Of a stretch of 64,000 nt of DNA, positions 9,312 through 18,439 are shown piece after piece (position 1 is the first letter of the stretch; the number at the start of each line of letters is the position of its first letter). The notes under the pieces were generated by a model that had not been told where the DNA came from, did not search any database, and saw only the letters and a list, made by a program, of their open reading frames with translations. The position numbers and the translations under genes are program-made. Source of the stretch: Candidatus Multivoraceae bacterium (GTDB lineage: Bacteria > Acidobacteriota > Thermoanaerobaculia > Multivoradales > Multivoraceae); assembly GCA_965223385.1 (NCBI GenBank), contig CBDCWR010000004.1, positions 267,258 through 331,257 of the forward strand, read 5' to 3'.

Positions 9312-9814
9312 GGGAGTCGGGGCCTTCGAGAGAGTTCTTGCGGAGAAGCTGGGCGGGAGGTCCGTGGCGTTCTTCCTCTCTACGCGCCAGCATGGGTCGC
9401 GTTGGCGCTCGGAAGCGAACTTCTACTGGTCGGTCGGCCAGCTCTGCGGTTACAGCGACGACGTTCGTTTGGGACGAACCGCGGCTCGGTGCTGATCAGA
9501 CGGCCGAGGGAGGATGCGAGGTGGGTGGTGAGGGGCGCAGCCCGAGCGGGCGGCCCGGAAGGTACCGGGTGAGAGTTGTGATGAAACGCCGCCGGCGACC
9601 GGAGGCGGACCGCAACCCCCACAGCCGGGTCGGGCGAGCGGGTCGTGCGGACCTCGTGCGGGGCGCCGAGATCTGGCGTCGAGAAGGTTGTCTGCGACGG
9701 CGTCCTCGGTGGGCCCACGCTGAAGGTGGGGACGCGAGGGGAGCGGCCTGGGTGCTGCGGTGGCAGCCGCGGCGGGCCGGATTCTACGACTGGTTTTTGG
9801 TGCCGCCAACCCCT

Positions 9815-11269
9815 TCAGATGTAGCCGAGGTTGTCGAGAACGTCGACCGTGCGGTGACCCTGGATCAGCCGCGCTTCCAGGGACTCATCGCGCTCTTCGA
9901 GGAGCAGTTCGGCCGCCTCGGGGAGGACACAGTGCTTGCTTCCACGGACCCCGCCGAGCATCTCCTGGTAGGCGCCCACGAAGAAGAAGCCGACGTGGAG
10001 GTCGTCTGCTGCGTCGACCTGCGGAAGCAACAGGCGGGCTTGGCTCGAGCGCTGCGGATAGATGTCGTCGCTGTCGCACGTGATGCCGCCCAGACGGACC
10101 TCGTGAAAGGGCCGGTCGAGATGGTTGAGCGGGAGCACGGCAAAGTGCTCGCCCAGGGCCCAGATGTCCGGGAAGGAGGTCATGATCGATCCGTCGATCA
10201 GGTACCAGGGTTGCGGCGAGAGATTGTCTTTGGTGGCGACCACGCGGAAGAGGTGCGCCGCGTGCGACGCAGTGGTGTACCGGCCCAACTCCCCCACCAG
10301 GTGCGGCGGCTCGAGTCCGTGGCGCGCGGCGACGCCGAGGGCCGTCTCGACGATGGCGCGCGCGATCCCACGGACGTCCGCTCCGTTGTCGAGCGTGAGC
10401 TGGCCGGGGAGTCCGCCGCCGAAGTCGAAGAGGTCGAGCGTCGGGTGCTCCCGATGCAGCGCGGCCCAGTCTTCGAGCGCGGGCTCGAGACCCGCTCCGA
10501 AGCTCGCAGGCGCGGTCATCTGGCTTCCCAGCATCGCGTGATGCAGACGAAGCGTCAGGTGATCGTTGCGCCCGATCCGTCGCGCCGCCTCCTGCAGCTC
10601 CTCGCGTGACATTCCGAAACGGGAGTCCACGCCGTCGGGGTCGGTTCCGGACTCCTTGTGGAGCCCGTAGGTCTTCTGACGGAGACCGACGCTCAGGGCA
10701 ACGCCGGCCTCGATGAACGGCTCGAGCTCGTCGAGTGCGTCGAAGATCGGCAGCACGCGCGCGCCGCTCCTTGCCAGCTCGATCAGGTTCTCGCTGTAGC
10801 GCGATCCGGGCGGCTTGAAACCGTTCGCGAAGATCCATCGATCTTGCGGAAGGTGGCCCCGTTCGATCATGAGCCGCGCGATGTCGACGTCGACATCGGA
10901 GGACATCTCGTGATGGGCGCCGGCGCGCAGCGTCGTCCGCACGATCTCCTCGGCCGTGTTCGCCTTCGACGCGTACGCGTAGAGGAAGTCGCCTCCGTAG
11001 CGGAGCTCCGCCCGAAGCTCGTCGAACGTCTGCACGAGCTCCCGGATCTGGCGCGTGATCGCGGGGAGGTAGGCGATCTCGAGCGGGCTCGGCAGCGGCA
11101 GGTCGAGCCCGAGCGCATGGCCGGGCTGGAACAGGGACGCGAGATCGATCCCCTCCCAGAGGAGGTGGCCGCCGCGGTGCACCAGGCTTGGCCCCAGCGT
11201 CGCTCCGTCGGCGGGTGGCGCGTGGCTCGTCCAGCCGATCTGCGGGGTGAGGGGCGAGGTTGCAGGCAT
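9815..11269 (-). CDS. Fold-type III PLP-dependent decarboxylase (arginine/ornithine/DAP decarboxylase family)
   Basis: PLP-lysine region YAYASKANTAEEIV. Glycine loop FDFGGGLPG. Further motifs GELGRYT and GGITCDSDDIY, typical of Orn/DAP/Arg decarboxylases. Confidence 0.8.
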   Translation of the reverse strand: MPATSPLTPQIGWTSHAPPADGATLGPSLVHRGGHLLWEGIDLASLFQPGHALGLDLPLPSPLEIAYLPAITRQIRELVQTFDELRAELRYGGDFLYAYASKANTAEEIVRTTLRAGAHHEMSSDVDVDIARLMIERGHLPQDRWIFANGFKPPGSRYSENLIELARSGARVLPIFDALDELEPFIEAGVALSVGLRQKTYGLHKESGTDPDGVDSRFGMSREELQEAARRIGRNDHLTLRLHHAMLGSQMTAPASFGAGLEPALEDWAALHREHPTLDLFDFGGGLPGQLTLDNGADVRGIARAIVETALGVAARHGLEPPHLVGELGRYTTASHAAHLFRVVATKDNLSPQPWYLIDGSIMTSFPDIWALGEHFAVLPLNHLDRPFHEVRLGGITCDSDDIYPQRSSQARLLLPQVDAADDLHVGFFFVGAYQEMLGGVRGSKHCVLPEAAELLLEERDESLEARLIQGHRTVDVLDNLGYI

Positions 11270-11286
11270 GGCGGCGAGTCTAGGCC

Positions 11287-12366
11287 ATGTCGCAGAATAG
11301 CGAGGTGTGCTGCAGAGTCCGCCTCCCCGAGCGTCGACCGATCGCCCGAGCCTTCGGGATTGCCGCCCTGTGCGGCGCGGCCGCCTTGGGCCAGGGCGCG
11401 CGGGAGGCTCGGCCAGAGCCAGGAGCCGAGAGCTTCGAACAGGTGCGGGGCATCACGTTGTCGACGCACCGGGGCAACCGTGAGTGGAGCTCTGACGCCC
11501 TGGCGCCGACGTTCGAGCGGATTCGCGGCGTGGGTGCGAACTGGGTGGCCATCCACCCGTACGCGAGCGTCTCCGACGACGGCACCGTGCGTCGCTGGGA
11601 AGAGGAGGCGGGCGTCCCCACCTGGCTGTCGAAGCCCATTGCGCAGGCGCATCGTCTCGGCCTGCGGATTCTCATCAAACCGCACCTGGCGTACTGGCGG
11701 TCGCGCTTTGCGTGGCGCGGCGAGATCGAGTTCGAGTCGGACGAGCAGTGGCAGCGCTTCTGGGCGGGCTACGAAGCCTGGATCGTCGACCTTGCGCGTC
11801 TGAGTCGGTCTGCCGACGCCTTTGTCGTGGGCACCGAGCTCGACCGCACGCTGCATCAGGAGGCTCGCTGGCGTCGCGTGATCGACCGCGTGCGCGACGT
11901 GAGTGACGTGCCGTTGACGTACGCGTCCAACTGGACCGACTACGAGCGCGTCCCCTTCTGGGACTCTCTGGACATGGTGGGTGTCCAGGCGTACTTCCCG
12001 CTGACCGACAGCGAGGCTCCGACGCGGGGCGAGCTCGAGGCCTCCTGGGCTCGTCTGTCGCGCCGGCTCTCCGAGTTCGGCGCGGCGCGCGGCAAGCGGG
12101 TCCTCCTGACGGAGCTCGGCTACAACCGATCCTTCGCGGCCGCGCGCGAGCCGTGGTCCAACGTGACCGACGGTGAGGAGGCCGAAGCCCTGCAGGCCCT
12201 CTGCCTCGAAGTGGCGCTCGCCGCAGTGGAGCGCGAGCCGCGCATCGCCGGCGCGTTCCTGTGGAAGTGGTTTCTCGAGCCGCGGAGCGTTGGCCGCGAC
12301 TTCCAGATGGCGAGCCCGACGATGCGGCGTGTGATCGGAGCGGCGTGGCAGTCCACCCGCCGCTGA
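11287..12366 (+). CDS. Putative clan GH-A (TIM-barrel) glycoside hydrolase, secreted
   Basis: Signal-like N-terminus. Candidate acid/base and nucleophile glutamates lie in VVGTELD and LLTELGY at the spacing expected for (beta/alpha)8 GH-A enzymes. Confidence 0.6.
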   Translation: MSQNSEVCCRVRLPERRPIARAFGIAALCGAAALGQGAREARPEPGAESFEQVRGITLSTHRGNREWSSDALAPTFERIRGVGANWVAIHPYASVSDDGTVRRWEEEAGVPTWLSKPIAQAHRLGLRILIKPHLAYWRSRFAWRGEIEFESDEQWQRFWAGYEAWIVDLARLSRSADAFVVGTELDRTLHQEARWRRVIDRVRDVSDVPLTYASNWTDYERVPFWDSLDMVGVQAYFPLTDSEAPTRGELEASWARLSRRLSEFGAARGKRVLLTELGYNRSFAAAREPWSNVTDGEEAEALQALCLEVALAAVEREPRIAGAFLWKWFLEPRSVGRDFQMASPTMRRVIGAAWQSTRR

Positions 12367-12426
12367 GGTCGCCGTGGCCGAAGACAGCAGCCGGACGAGG
12401 CTCCGACGCATGAAAGGCTACCCGGG

Positions 12427-13776
12427 ATGAACGGGGGCCCAGAGGATCACCGCACCGAGCGGGCGCGCGATCGCCTGGCCGCCCTGCGCGATCAGGCACT
12501 CGATGCGTTCCGTGCCGGGATCCATGCAGCCAACCCCGCGCGGGTGGTGGCGACGTCTCTTCGCAAGAGGCCGCCTGAGCGGCCGTTCGAGGCTGTCCTG
12601 GCGATCGGCAAAGCCTCGCTCGGCATGCTGGAAGGGGCGGCCCCGTGGCTCCCGGACGAAATGGACGGTGTCGTCGTGACGACGTCGGCACAGGCCTCCG
12701 GTCGGGCCGCAGTCTTCGGAGTGGAGGTTTTTGGCGCCTCCCACCCGGTTCCCGACACGGTGGGCGAGCTGGCTGCGAGCGCCGCTCTCGAGCTCGCGAG
12801 CCTCGGCCCGCGCCACGTGCTCGTGCTGCTCTCCGGAGGCGCGTCGGCGCTGTTGCCGGCCCCCGTGGAGGGCGTTTCGTTGAGTGACAAGGTGGCGGCG
12901 ACGGAAGCGCTTCTCGCATGCGGAGCGACCATTCACGAGATCAACGCCGTGCGCAAGCACCTGTCGCGCATCAAAGGAGGGGGTCTTGCGCGGGCCCTCG
13001 CCGACTCCGGCTCCGAGGCCACGGTGCTCGTTCTGAGCGACGTTCCCGGCGACGACCTGAGTGTGGTGGGGAGCGGGCCCACCGTGGGAGATCCGTCCAC
13101 ATTCCAGGACTGTTGGGACGTGCTGGTCGCGCACGGACTCGACGGCGCGGGCGGACGACGTCCCTCGCTGCCCGCAGCCGTCTTGGAGCATCTGCGCCGA
13201 GGGGTCGCGGGTGAGGTGCCGGAGACCCTGTCGCCCTCTTCGCCTGCGCTGCGCCGGGTGCGCAATCGCCTGGTCGGCTCCAACCGAGCCAGCGTCCTGG
13301 CTGCTGCGGAGTCGCTTCGTTGGAGCCTGAGCGCCGATTCTGCGGCGATCGACGTTCACGAGGAGCCTGTGGTCGGCGAGGCGCGAGAGGTCGGTGCAGC
13401 GTTGGTCTCCCGACTCGGTGTCCGCTCCACGGCCATGGTCTCGGGAGGAGAGACCACGGTGACGTTGCGCGGCGACGGGCGCGGCGGGCGCTCCCAGGAG
13501 CTGGCCCTCGCGTGCGCCATCGCGGCCTCGGAGCGAGGCGTCACCTCGCCGTGGTGCCTCCTGAGCGCCGGCACCGACGGTCGCGACGGGCCCACCGACG
13601 CGGCGGGCGCGCTGGTCGACGCGGGTACGGTCGCTCGGGGCGGAGGGCTCGAGGAGGCCCGCGCAGCCCTCGAGCGCAACGACTCCTACCGTTTCCTCAG
13701 TGCGGCCGGGGATCTCGTCCGCACCGGAGAGACCGGCACCAACGTCGCCGATCTGCAGATCCTGCTCGTACCGTGA
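12427..13776 (+). CDS. gckA: Glycerate 2-kinase / hydroxypyruvate reductase (MOFRL family)
   Basis: Motifs LLSGGASALL, SGGETTV, GGRSQELAL, SAGTDGRDGPTDAAGA and TGETGTNVADL are characteristic of the DUF4147-MOFRL glycerate kinase family. Confidence 0.85.
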   Translation: MNGGPEDHRTERARDRLAALRDQALDAFRAGIHAANPARVVATSLRKRPPERPFEAVLAIGKASLGMLEGAAPWLPDEMDGVVVTTSAQASGRAAVFGVEVFGASHPVPDTVGELAASAALELASLGPRHVLVLLSGGASALLPAPVEGVSLSDKVAATEALLACGATIHEINAVRKHLSRIKGGGLARALADSGSEATVLVLSDVPGDDLSVVGSGPTVGDPSTFQDCWDVLVAHGLDGAGGRRPSLPAAVLEHLRRGVAGEVPETLSPSSPALRRVRNRLVGSNRASVLAAAESLRWSLSADSAAIDVHEEPVVGEAREVGAALVSRLGVRSTAMVSGGETTVTLRGDGRGGRSQELALACAIAASERGVTSPWCLLSAGTDGRDGPTDAAGALVDAGTVARGGGLEEARAALERNDSYRFLSAAGDLVRTGETGTNVADLQILLVP

Positions 13777-13946
13777 GGCGCTGCCCGCGGTCGGTCGCCG
13801 CAACTTCGGCGTTATGATGGGTCGTCCTCCGAATCTCCGGCTCGACGTCGTGCCAGCACGCCCTCGAGCCCCTGTCACTCGACCGTCGTGCCCGCCTCGT
13901 CGCAGAGGATGAGGGTCGAGGACGCCCCCTTCGAGGAGACCCCTCC

Positions 13947-15701
13947 ATGCGACAGACGCGTTCGAAGAACAAACCGAACTGGCTCCTGCTGCGCCTTGCA
14001 CTCCTTGCGCTCCTCCTCGTGGGGCTTGCGCTCGTCACCGGCGCGCTCGCCAGCCCAGCGTCGGCGCAGGTGACGGTGCCGCCGACGCCCGCGCCCGAGG
14101 GGGCCGAGGAGGACGACGGCGAAGAAGAGCAGCAGGTGCTGCCGGCGCCGGATCGGGCCGAGGGAGAGGGCCCCTTCGAGAAGCTGATCATTCGGGGCGT
14201 CAACGTCATCGACGGCACCGGCTCCCCTCCCATGGGACCGGTCGACGTCGTGATCGAGAACAACCGCATCGCCGACATCAAGGTCGTCGGCACGCCGGGC
14301 GTCGGCATCGACGAGAAGAAGCGGCCGCGCGGTGCGACCCGCGAGATCGACGCCCAGGGCATGTACCTGCTGCCCGGCATCGTCGACCTGCACGTGCACA
14401 CCGGTGGCGTGCCCAAGGCACCCGAGGCCGAGTACGTCTACAAGCTCTGGCTCGCGCACGGCATCACCACCGTCCGGGGCGTCCCCACCAACCCGCTCGA
14501 GTGGGATCTCAGCGAGCGGGAGCGCTCGGCCAAGAACGAGATCACGGCTCCGCGCATCGTCTCCTACCAGCGCCCGGGCTCGGGCAAGGAGTGGAAAGAG
14601 CGCGACATCCTCACGCCCGAGGACGCCCGGGAGTGGGTGCGCTACGCCCACGAGAAGGGAGTCGAAGGACTGAAGCTGGGTGCCTACCCGCCGGCGATCA
14701 TGGAGGCGCTCCTCGACGAGGCCGGGCAGCACGGCATGGGCTCCACGGCCCACCTGGCGCAGAACGGTGTGGCGCAGATGAACGCCCTCGACGCGGCCCG
14801 GCTCGGGCTCGGCAGCATGACCCACTTCTACGGTCTCTTCGAGTCGATGTACAAGGACCACGACGTGCAGCCGTGGCCGACCGACATGAACTACATGGAC
14901 GAGCAGTTCCGCTTCGGTCAGGTGGCGCGGCAGTGGAACCTCATCCATCCGCGCGGGAGCGAGGGCTGGAACGCGCTGCTCGAGGAGCTCCTCGAGCTCG
15001 ACTTCTACCTGAACCCCACGATGACGATCTACTCGGCCGGCCGGGACGTCATGCGCGCCCGCAACGCCGACTGGCACGCTGAGTACACCCTGCCGTCGCT
15101 GGCGGAGTTCTACGTTCCGAACCGCGAAGATCACGGCTCCTACTGGTTCGACTGGACCACCGAGGACGAGGTCGCCTGGAAGAAGTACTACCAGGTGTGG
15201 ATGAGCTTCCTGAACGACTACAAGAATCTCGGCGGCAAGGTCACCGTGGGCTCCGACTCGGGCTTCATCTACCAGACCTACGGCTTCGGCACGATCCTCG
15301 AGCTCGAGATGTTGCAAGAGGCGGGCTTTCACCCGCTCGAGGTGATCCGCGCGGCCACCATGCACGGCGCGATGGAGCTCAACAAGAAGAACGGCAAACC
15401 CATCGAGCGCGGCATCATCCGCAAGGGTTTCCTCGCCGACATGTTCCTGGTGGACGAGAATCCGCTGCAGAACATGAAGGTGCTCTACGGCACCGGCGCC
15501 GTGCGGCTCAACGACGACACCGGTCGGCCGGAGCGCGTCGGCGGCATCGAGATCACGATCAAGGACGGCATCGTGTTCGACGCCAAGCAGCTCCTCGCGG
15601 ACGTCGCGGCCATGGTCGACACGCAGGAGCAGCAGAGCACGACCGACCTGCAGACCAGCGCGGGAGGCGAGGCGACCGACCGGCGTTCGGCGGAGCCCTA
15701 G
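13947..15701 (+). CDS. Amidohydrolase-family protein, membrane-anchored or secreted
   Basis: N-terminal hydrophobic segment, then an acidic linker. Motifs IIRGVNVIDGTG...VVIENNRIADI and HxH in PGIVDLHVHTGG. Confidence 0.8.
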   Translation: MRQTRSKNKPNWLLLRLALLALLLVGLALVTGALASPASAQVTVPPTPAPEGAEEDDGEEEQQVLPAPDRAEGEGPFEKLIIRGVNVIDGTGSPPMGPVDVVIENNRIADIKVVGTPGVGIDEKKRPRGATREIDAQGMYLLPGIVDLHVHTGGVPKAPEAEYVYKLWLAHGITTVRGVPTNPLEWDLSERERSAKNEITAPRIVSYQRPGSGKEWKERDILTPEDAREWVRYAHEKGVEGLKLGAYPPAIMEALLDEAGQHGMGSTAHLAQNGVAQMNALDAARLGLGSMTHFYGLFESMYKDHDVQPWPTDMNYMDEQFRFGQVARQWNLIHPRGSEGWNALLEELLELDFYLNPTMTIYSAGRDVMRARNADWHAEYTLPSLAEFYVPNREDHGSYWFDWTTEDEVAWKKYYQVWMSFLNDYKNLGGKVTVGSDSGFIYQTYGFGTILELEMLQEAGFHPLEVIRAATMHGAMELNKKNGKPIERGIIRKGFLADMFLVDENPLQNMKVLYGTGAVRLNDDTGRPERVGGIEITIKDGIVFDAKQLLADVAAMVDTQEQQSTTDLQTSAGGEATDRRSAEP

Positions 15702-16063
15702 CGGATCTGCCGGACCTGCTCGTCTTCACCCCAGGCACTGTCGGCCGTCCACACCACGGCCTCGAGCCGAGCTCCCAGCGCCAGGCACAGGCGATCGGCC
15801 AGGGAGAGGCCTTCGCCTGGACGCCAGCGCGCAGCGGCCCATTCGGCGTCGTCTGTGGTGACGGGTGCGACCTCGAGGCGGTAGCTCAGGAGGAGCGCTC
15901 GTGAGAGCTGCCAGTCGCGCTCCGCCGCGCGGACCTTCTGGGCCGTTTCGGACCAGTTTGCCGCCGAGCAGATCGAAGACTCCTCGAGGAGCTCCTCGAC
16001 CCGGTCGCTGCCGGGCTCTCCCTGGAGGAAGCAGAGGAGGGCCGAAGCGTCGAGGACGTTCAA
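15698..16063 (-). CDS. vapC: PIN-domain toxin VapC (TTG start)
   Basis: Residue 106 onward of ORF 15698..16378 reads LNVLDASALLCFLQGEPGSDRVEELLEES...TADSAW, carrying the PIN acidic residues. The TTG start overlaps the vapB stop (TTGA). Length is 121 aa. Confidence 0.75.
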   Translation of the reverse strand: MNVLDASALLCFLQGEPGSDRVEELLEESSICSAANWSETAQKVRAAERDWQLSRALLLSYRLEVAPVTTDDAEWAAARWRPGEGLSLADRLCLALGARLEAVVWTADSAWGEDEQVRQIR

Positions 16064-16323
16064 GCTCTGTCCTCGGACTCGGCTGCGCGCCTCCGGTCCT
16101 CGAGGAGAGACTCCAAGAGGTCGACGCCGGCGAGGTCTTTGCGAACACGCTCGCGAAGCTGGGCCCGGGTGAGGAGGACGAGCCCGTTGGGCGTCTCCAG
16201 AAGGCAGAGCTTGGTGCCGACCTCCAGCCCAGCCCTCTGGCGTACCGCGGCCGGAAGGACGATGCGGCCCCGGTCTCCCACCGTGATGTCTGTTGGCCCA
16301 CTCATGTGTGCATTGTGGCACAT
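16060..16323 (-). CDS. vapB: AbrB/SpoVT-type antitoxin VapB
   Basis: ITVGDRGRIVLPAAVRQRAGLEVGTKLCLLETPNGLVLL is a swapped-hairpin AbrB/MazE fold signature. An alternative start is ATG at 16305 (MSGPTD...). A TGTGC-N6-GCACA inverted repeat at 16307-16322 overlaps the start region. Confidence 0.75.
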   Translation of the reverse strand: MCHNAHMSGPTDITVGDRGRIVLPAAVRQRAGLEVGTKLCLLETPNGLVLLTRAQLRERVRKDLAGVDLLESLLEDRRRAAESEDRA

Positions 16324-16445
16324 CGTGTTGGTGTGTGGGTCGCGCCTTGGAGAGCCGGGGCCATGAGGCGTGGCACACTGGCCAGAATGCGATTCATCGA
16401 CCGGACAGCTGAGGGATCTGAGGCGCGAGCTCGAGGGTGGTCCTC

Positions 16446-17617
16446 ATGAGCGCCGTGTCCTACGACCACATCGTTCTGGGCGTCGGCGGCATGGGCTCCG
16501 CGACGCTCTTCGAGCTGGCACGGCGCGGGCACCGCGTGCTCGGGCTCGAGCGCTTCGACGTTCCCCATGCAATGGGCTCGAGCCACGGGCAGACGCGCAT
16601 CATCCGGCTCGCGTACAACGAGCACTCGAACTACGTTCCGCTCCTGCAGCGCGCCTACGAGCTCTGGGACGAGCTCGAGACTCGAGCCGGAGAAGAGCTG
16701 CTCGTGCGGACCGGCGGCCTCGACGTCGGGCCACGGGACGGGCGGATCGTCTCTGGCTCCCTCGCTGCCTGCCGCGAGCATGGTCTGGACCACGAGCTCA
16801 TGGACGCGGAGGAAGCTCGAAGGCGCTACCCGGGGCTTGCGGTCGACGACACATTCTCGGCCGTTTTCCAGCCCGACGCGGGCTACCTGCGGCCGGAGCG
16901 CTGTGTGGTCTCCTACGCGGCGGCCGCGCTCGAGCGCGGAGCGACGATTCACGCGCGCGAGCCTGTTGTCTCCTGGAGCCACGATGGCGACGTCTACCGT
17001 GTCGACACGACCAAGGGGCAGTACGAAACGCCCTCGTTGGTCGTCACCGCTGGGCCATGGGCCGCGCAGATGATCGCGGAGCTGGGCCCCTGGGCCCGCC
17101 CCCAGCGGCAGGTCGTCGGCTGGTTCCAGCCGCATCGACCCGAGCTGTTCGCGAGGGACCACCTTCCCGTCTTCATCCTCGATCTCGAGGAGGGGGAGTA
17201 CTACGGCTTTCCGATCGACTCCCAGATGCCGGGGTTCAAGATCGGGCGCTTCTACCATCGCGAGCAGTGGGTCGATCCGGACGAGCCGCGGGCTGAGGCA
17301 GACCTGCCGAAGACGAAGAGATCCTGCGGCAGGCCGTGCGCCGTTGTTTCCCGCAGGCTGATGGTCCGACGCTCGCGCTTCAGACCTGCACCTTCACTCT
17401 CACGCCCGACCACCACTTCATTCTCGATCTCCCGAAGTCGTGCAACGGAGAAGCGAGCCCGGGCCTCGTTCTCGGAGCCGGCTTCTCGGGCCACGGCTTC
17501 AAGTTCGCGAGCGTGATCGGAGAGATCCTGGCCGATCTCGCCGAAGCGGGGAGCACCTCGCACGACGTCGAGATGTTCTCCCTCGCGCGCTTCGAAGCGG
17601 CGTGCTCGGCGCGGTAG
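16446..17617 (+). pseudogene. solA: Monomeric sarcosine / N-methyltryptophan oxidase-like FAD enzyme, interrupted by a 1-nt frameshift near 17303-17311
   Basis: N-terminal FAD motif (YDHIVLGVGGMGSA...GLERF) lies in the frame of ORF 16437..17516. The C-terminal part (EDEEILRQAVRRCFPQADGPTLALQTCTFTLTPDHHFILD...GFSGHGFKF) lies in the frame of ORF 17336..17617. The first frame turns to junk after DPDEPRAEADLP. Confidence 0.8.
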
Positions 17618-17690
17618 AATACCACGCCTGCGCTCGCCCATCATTCGCAGACCGCTCCAAGCGCAGCTTCGCTGCGCGTCGCTTCGTCTG
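17609..17690. repeat. Single dispersed copy of the structured repeat family seen in the array at 40040-40683
   Basis: ACCACGCCTGCGC...CCGCTCCAAGC-GCAGC-TTC-GCTGC-GCGTCGCTTCG aligns to copy 4 of the array (ACCACGCCTGCGC...CGCTCCAAGC...GCGTCGCTTGG), and the inner stem covaries. It sits between convergent stops and overlaps the 3' tail of the gene at 17641. Confidence 0.6.
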
Positions 17691-18300
17691 CTCGCTGCGC
17701 TCGCGGACGGTCGGGCGCCGGAGGCGCCCTTCTCGTCGAGCTCGGCGCGGCTGAGTACCCGCGCCTGCGCTCGTCAGCGCTCGCCGGCGGCGTCGACGAC
17801 GTGTGGCCGGCGCGCACGCACCAGCTGGTGTCGGTCCGCTCCATGAGGCCGGTCATCACGCCGCTGAACTGGAAGCCACCCTGCTCCGGGTCGCCGAATG
17901 CGTTGGTGAACGCGGCGCTCCACCAGGCCTGTTTCGAGCTCGTGGGGGTGACGAACAGATCGCGGAAGTCGAAGCGCACCGTCCCGAAGCTGGCCGCCTG
18001 CTCGAGCCCTCGGGCGATGTCGGCGCGCGACGTGTACGCGAGGCGCCCCTCCTCGAACCAGCGCAGGTCGCCTTCGCAGTAGAACGTGAGTGCGTCCTCC
18101 GAGCCGTTCTGGAGGTGGTCTCGATACGCGTCGAACGCCGTTTCGATGCCGGCTCGGATCTCGCCGAGGTCCGGCGCTTCGGCGATCGAGGGAGTCGACT
18201 CCCCGGCGCAAGCGAGGAGGGGGAGGAGTGTCGCGGCCCAGAGCACGGAGATCGTCGCAAGAGCGCGGCGACGCGCGATGGCGGAGGGGTGGCGTTGCAT
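17641..18300 (-). CDS. Putative lipoprotein with an NTF2/SnoaL-like (DUF4440-like) domain and a low-complexity C-terminal tail
   Basis: Internal ATG (residue 89 of the ORF) gives MQRHPSAIARRRALATISVLWAATLLPLLACAG (lipobox LLAC). The roughly 130-aa domain ends at ...TSWCVRAGH. The remaining roughly 50 aa are Arg/Pro/Ala-rich and read into the repeat element. Confidence 0.5.
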   Translation of the reverse strand: MQRHPSAIARRRALATISVLWAATLLPLLACAGESTPSIAEAPDLGEIRAGIETAFDAYRDHLQNGSEDALTFYCEGDLRWFEEGRLAYTSRADIARGLEQAASFGTVRFDFRDLFVTPTSSKQAWWSAAFTNAFGDPEQGGFQFSGVMTGLMERTDTSWCVRAGHTSSTPPASADERRRGYSAAPSSTRRAPPAPDRPRAQRADEATRSEAALGAVCE

Positions 18301-18439
18301 GGGCGTCTCCAGGGGGCGCGGGCCGGGTCGCCCGGTGCGCACATCCTTCCACACGGATCCCGGAGCAGAGCGGCCCGCTCTATCGAAGGCGTCGCCACCG
18401 TGAAGTCGATAACATCGACTGTTCGAGCACGCAGGTCGC

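Noticed and set aside
9310-9495. 61-aa plus ORF (MGVGAFERVLAEKLGG...) with fairly high GC3
   Set aside because: Its ATG overlaps the ATG of the divergent kinase-like gene, leaving no room for a promoter or RBS. It has no motifs.
15698-16378. 226-aa minus ORF taken as one protein
   Set aside because: Only the last 121 codons (the PIN domain from TTG 16063) are credible. The upstream part overlaps vapB in another frame.
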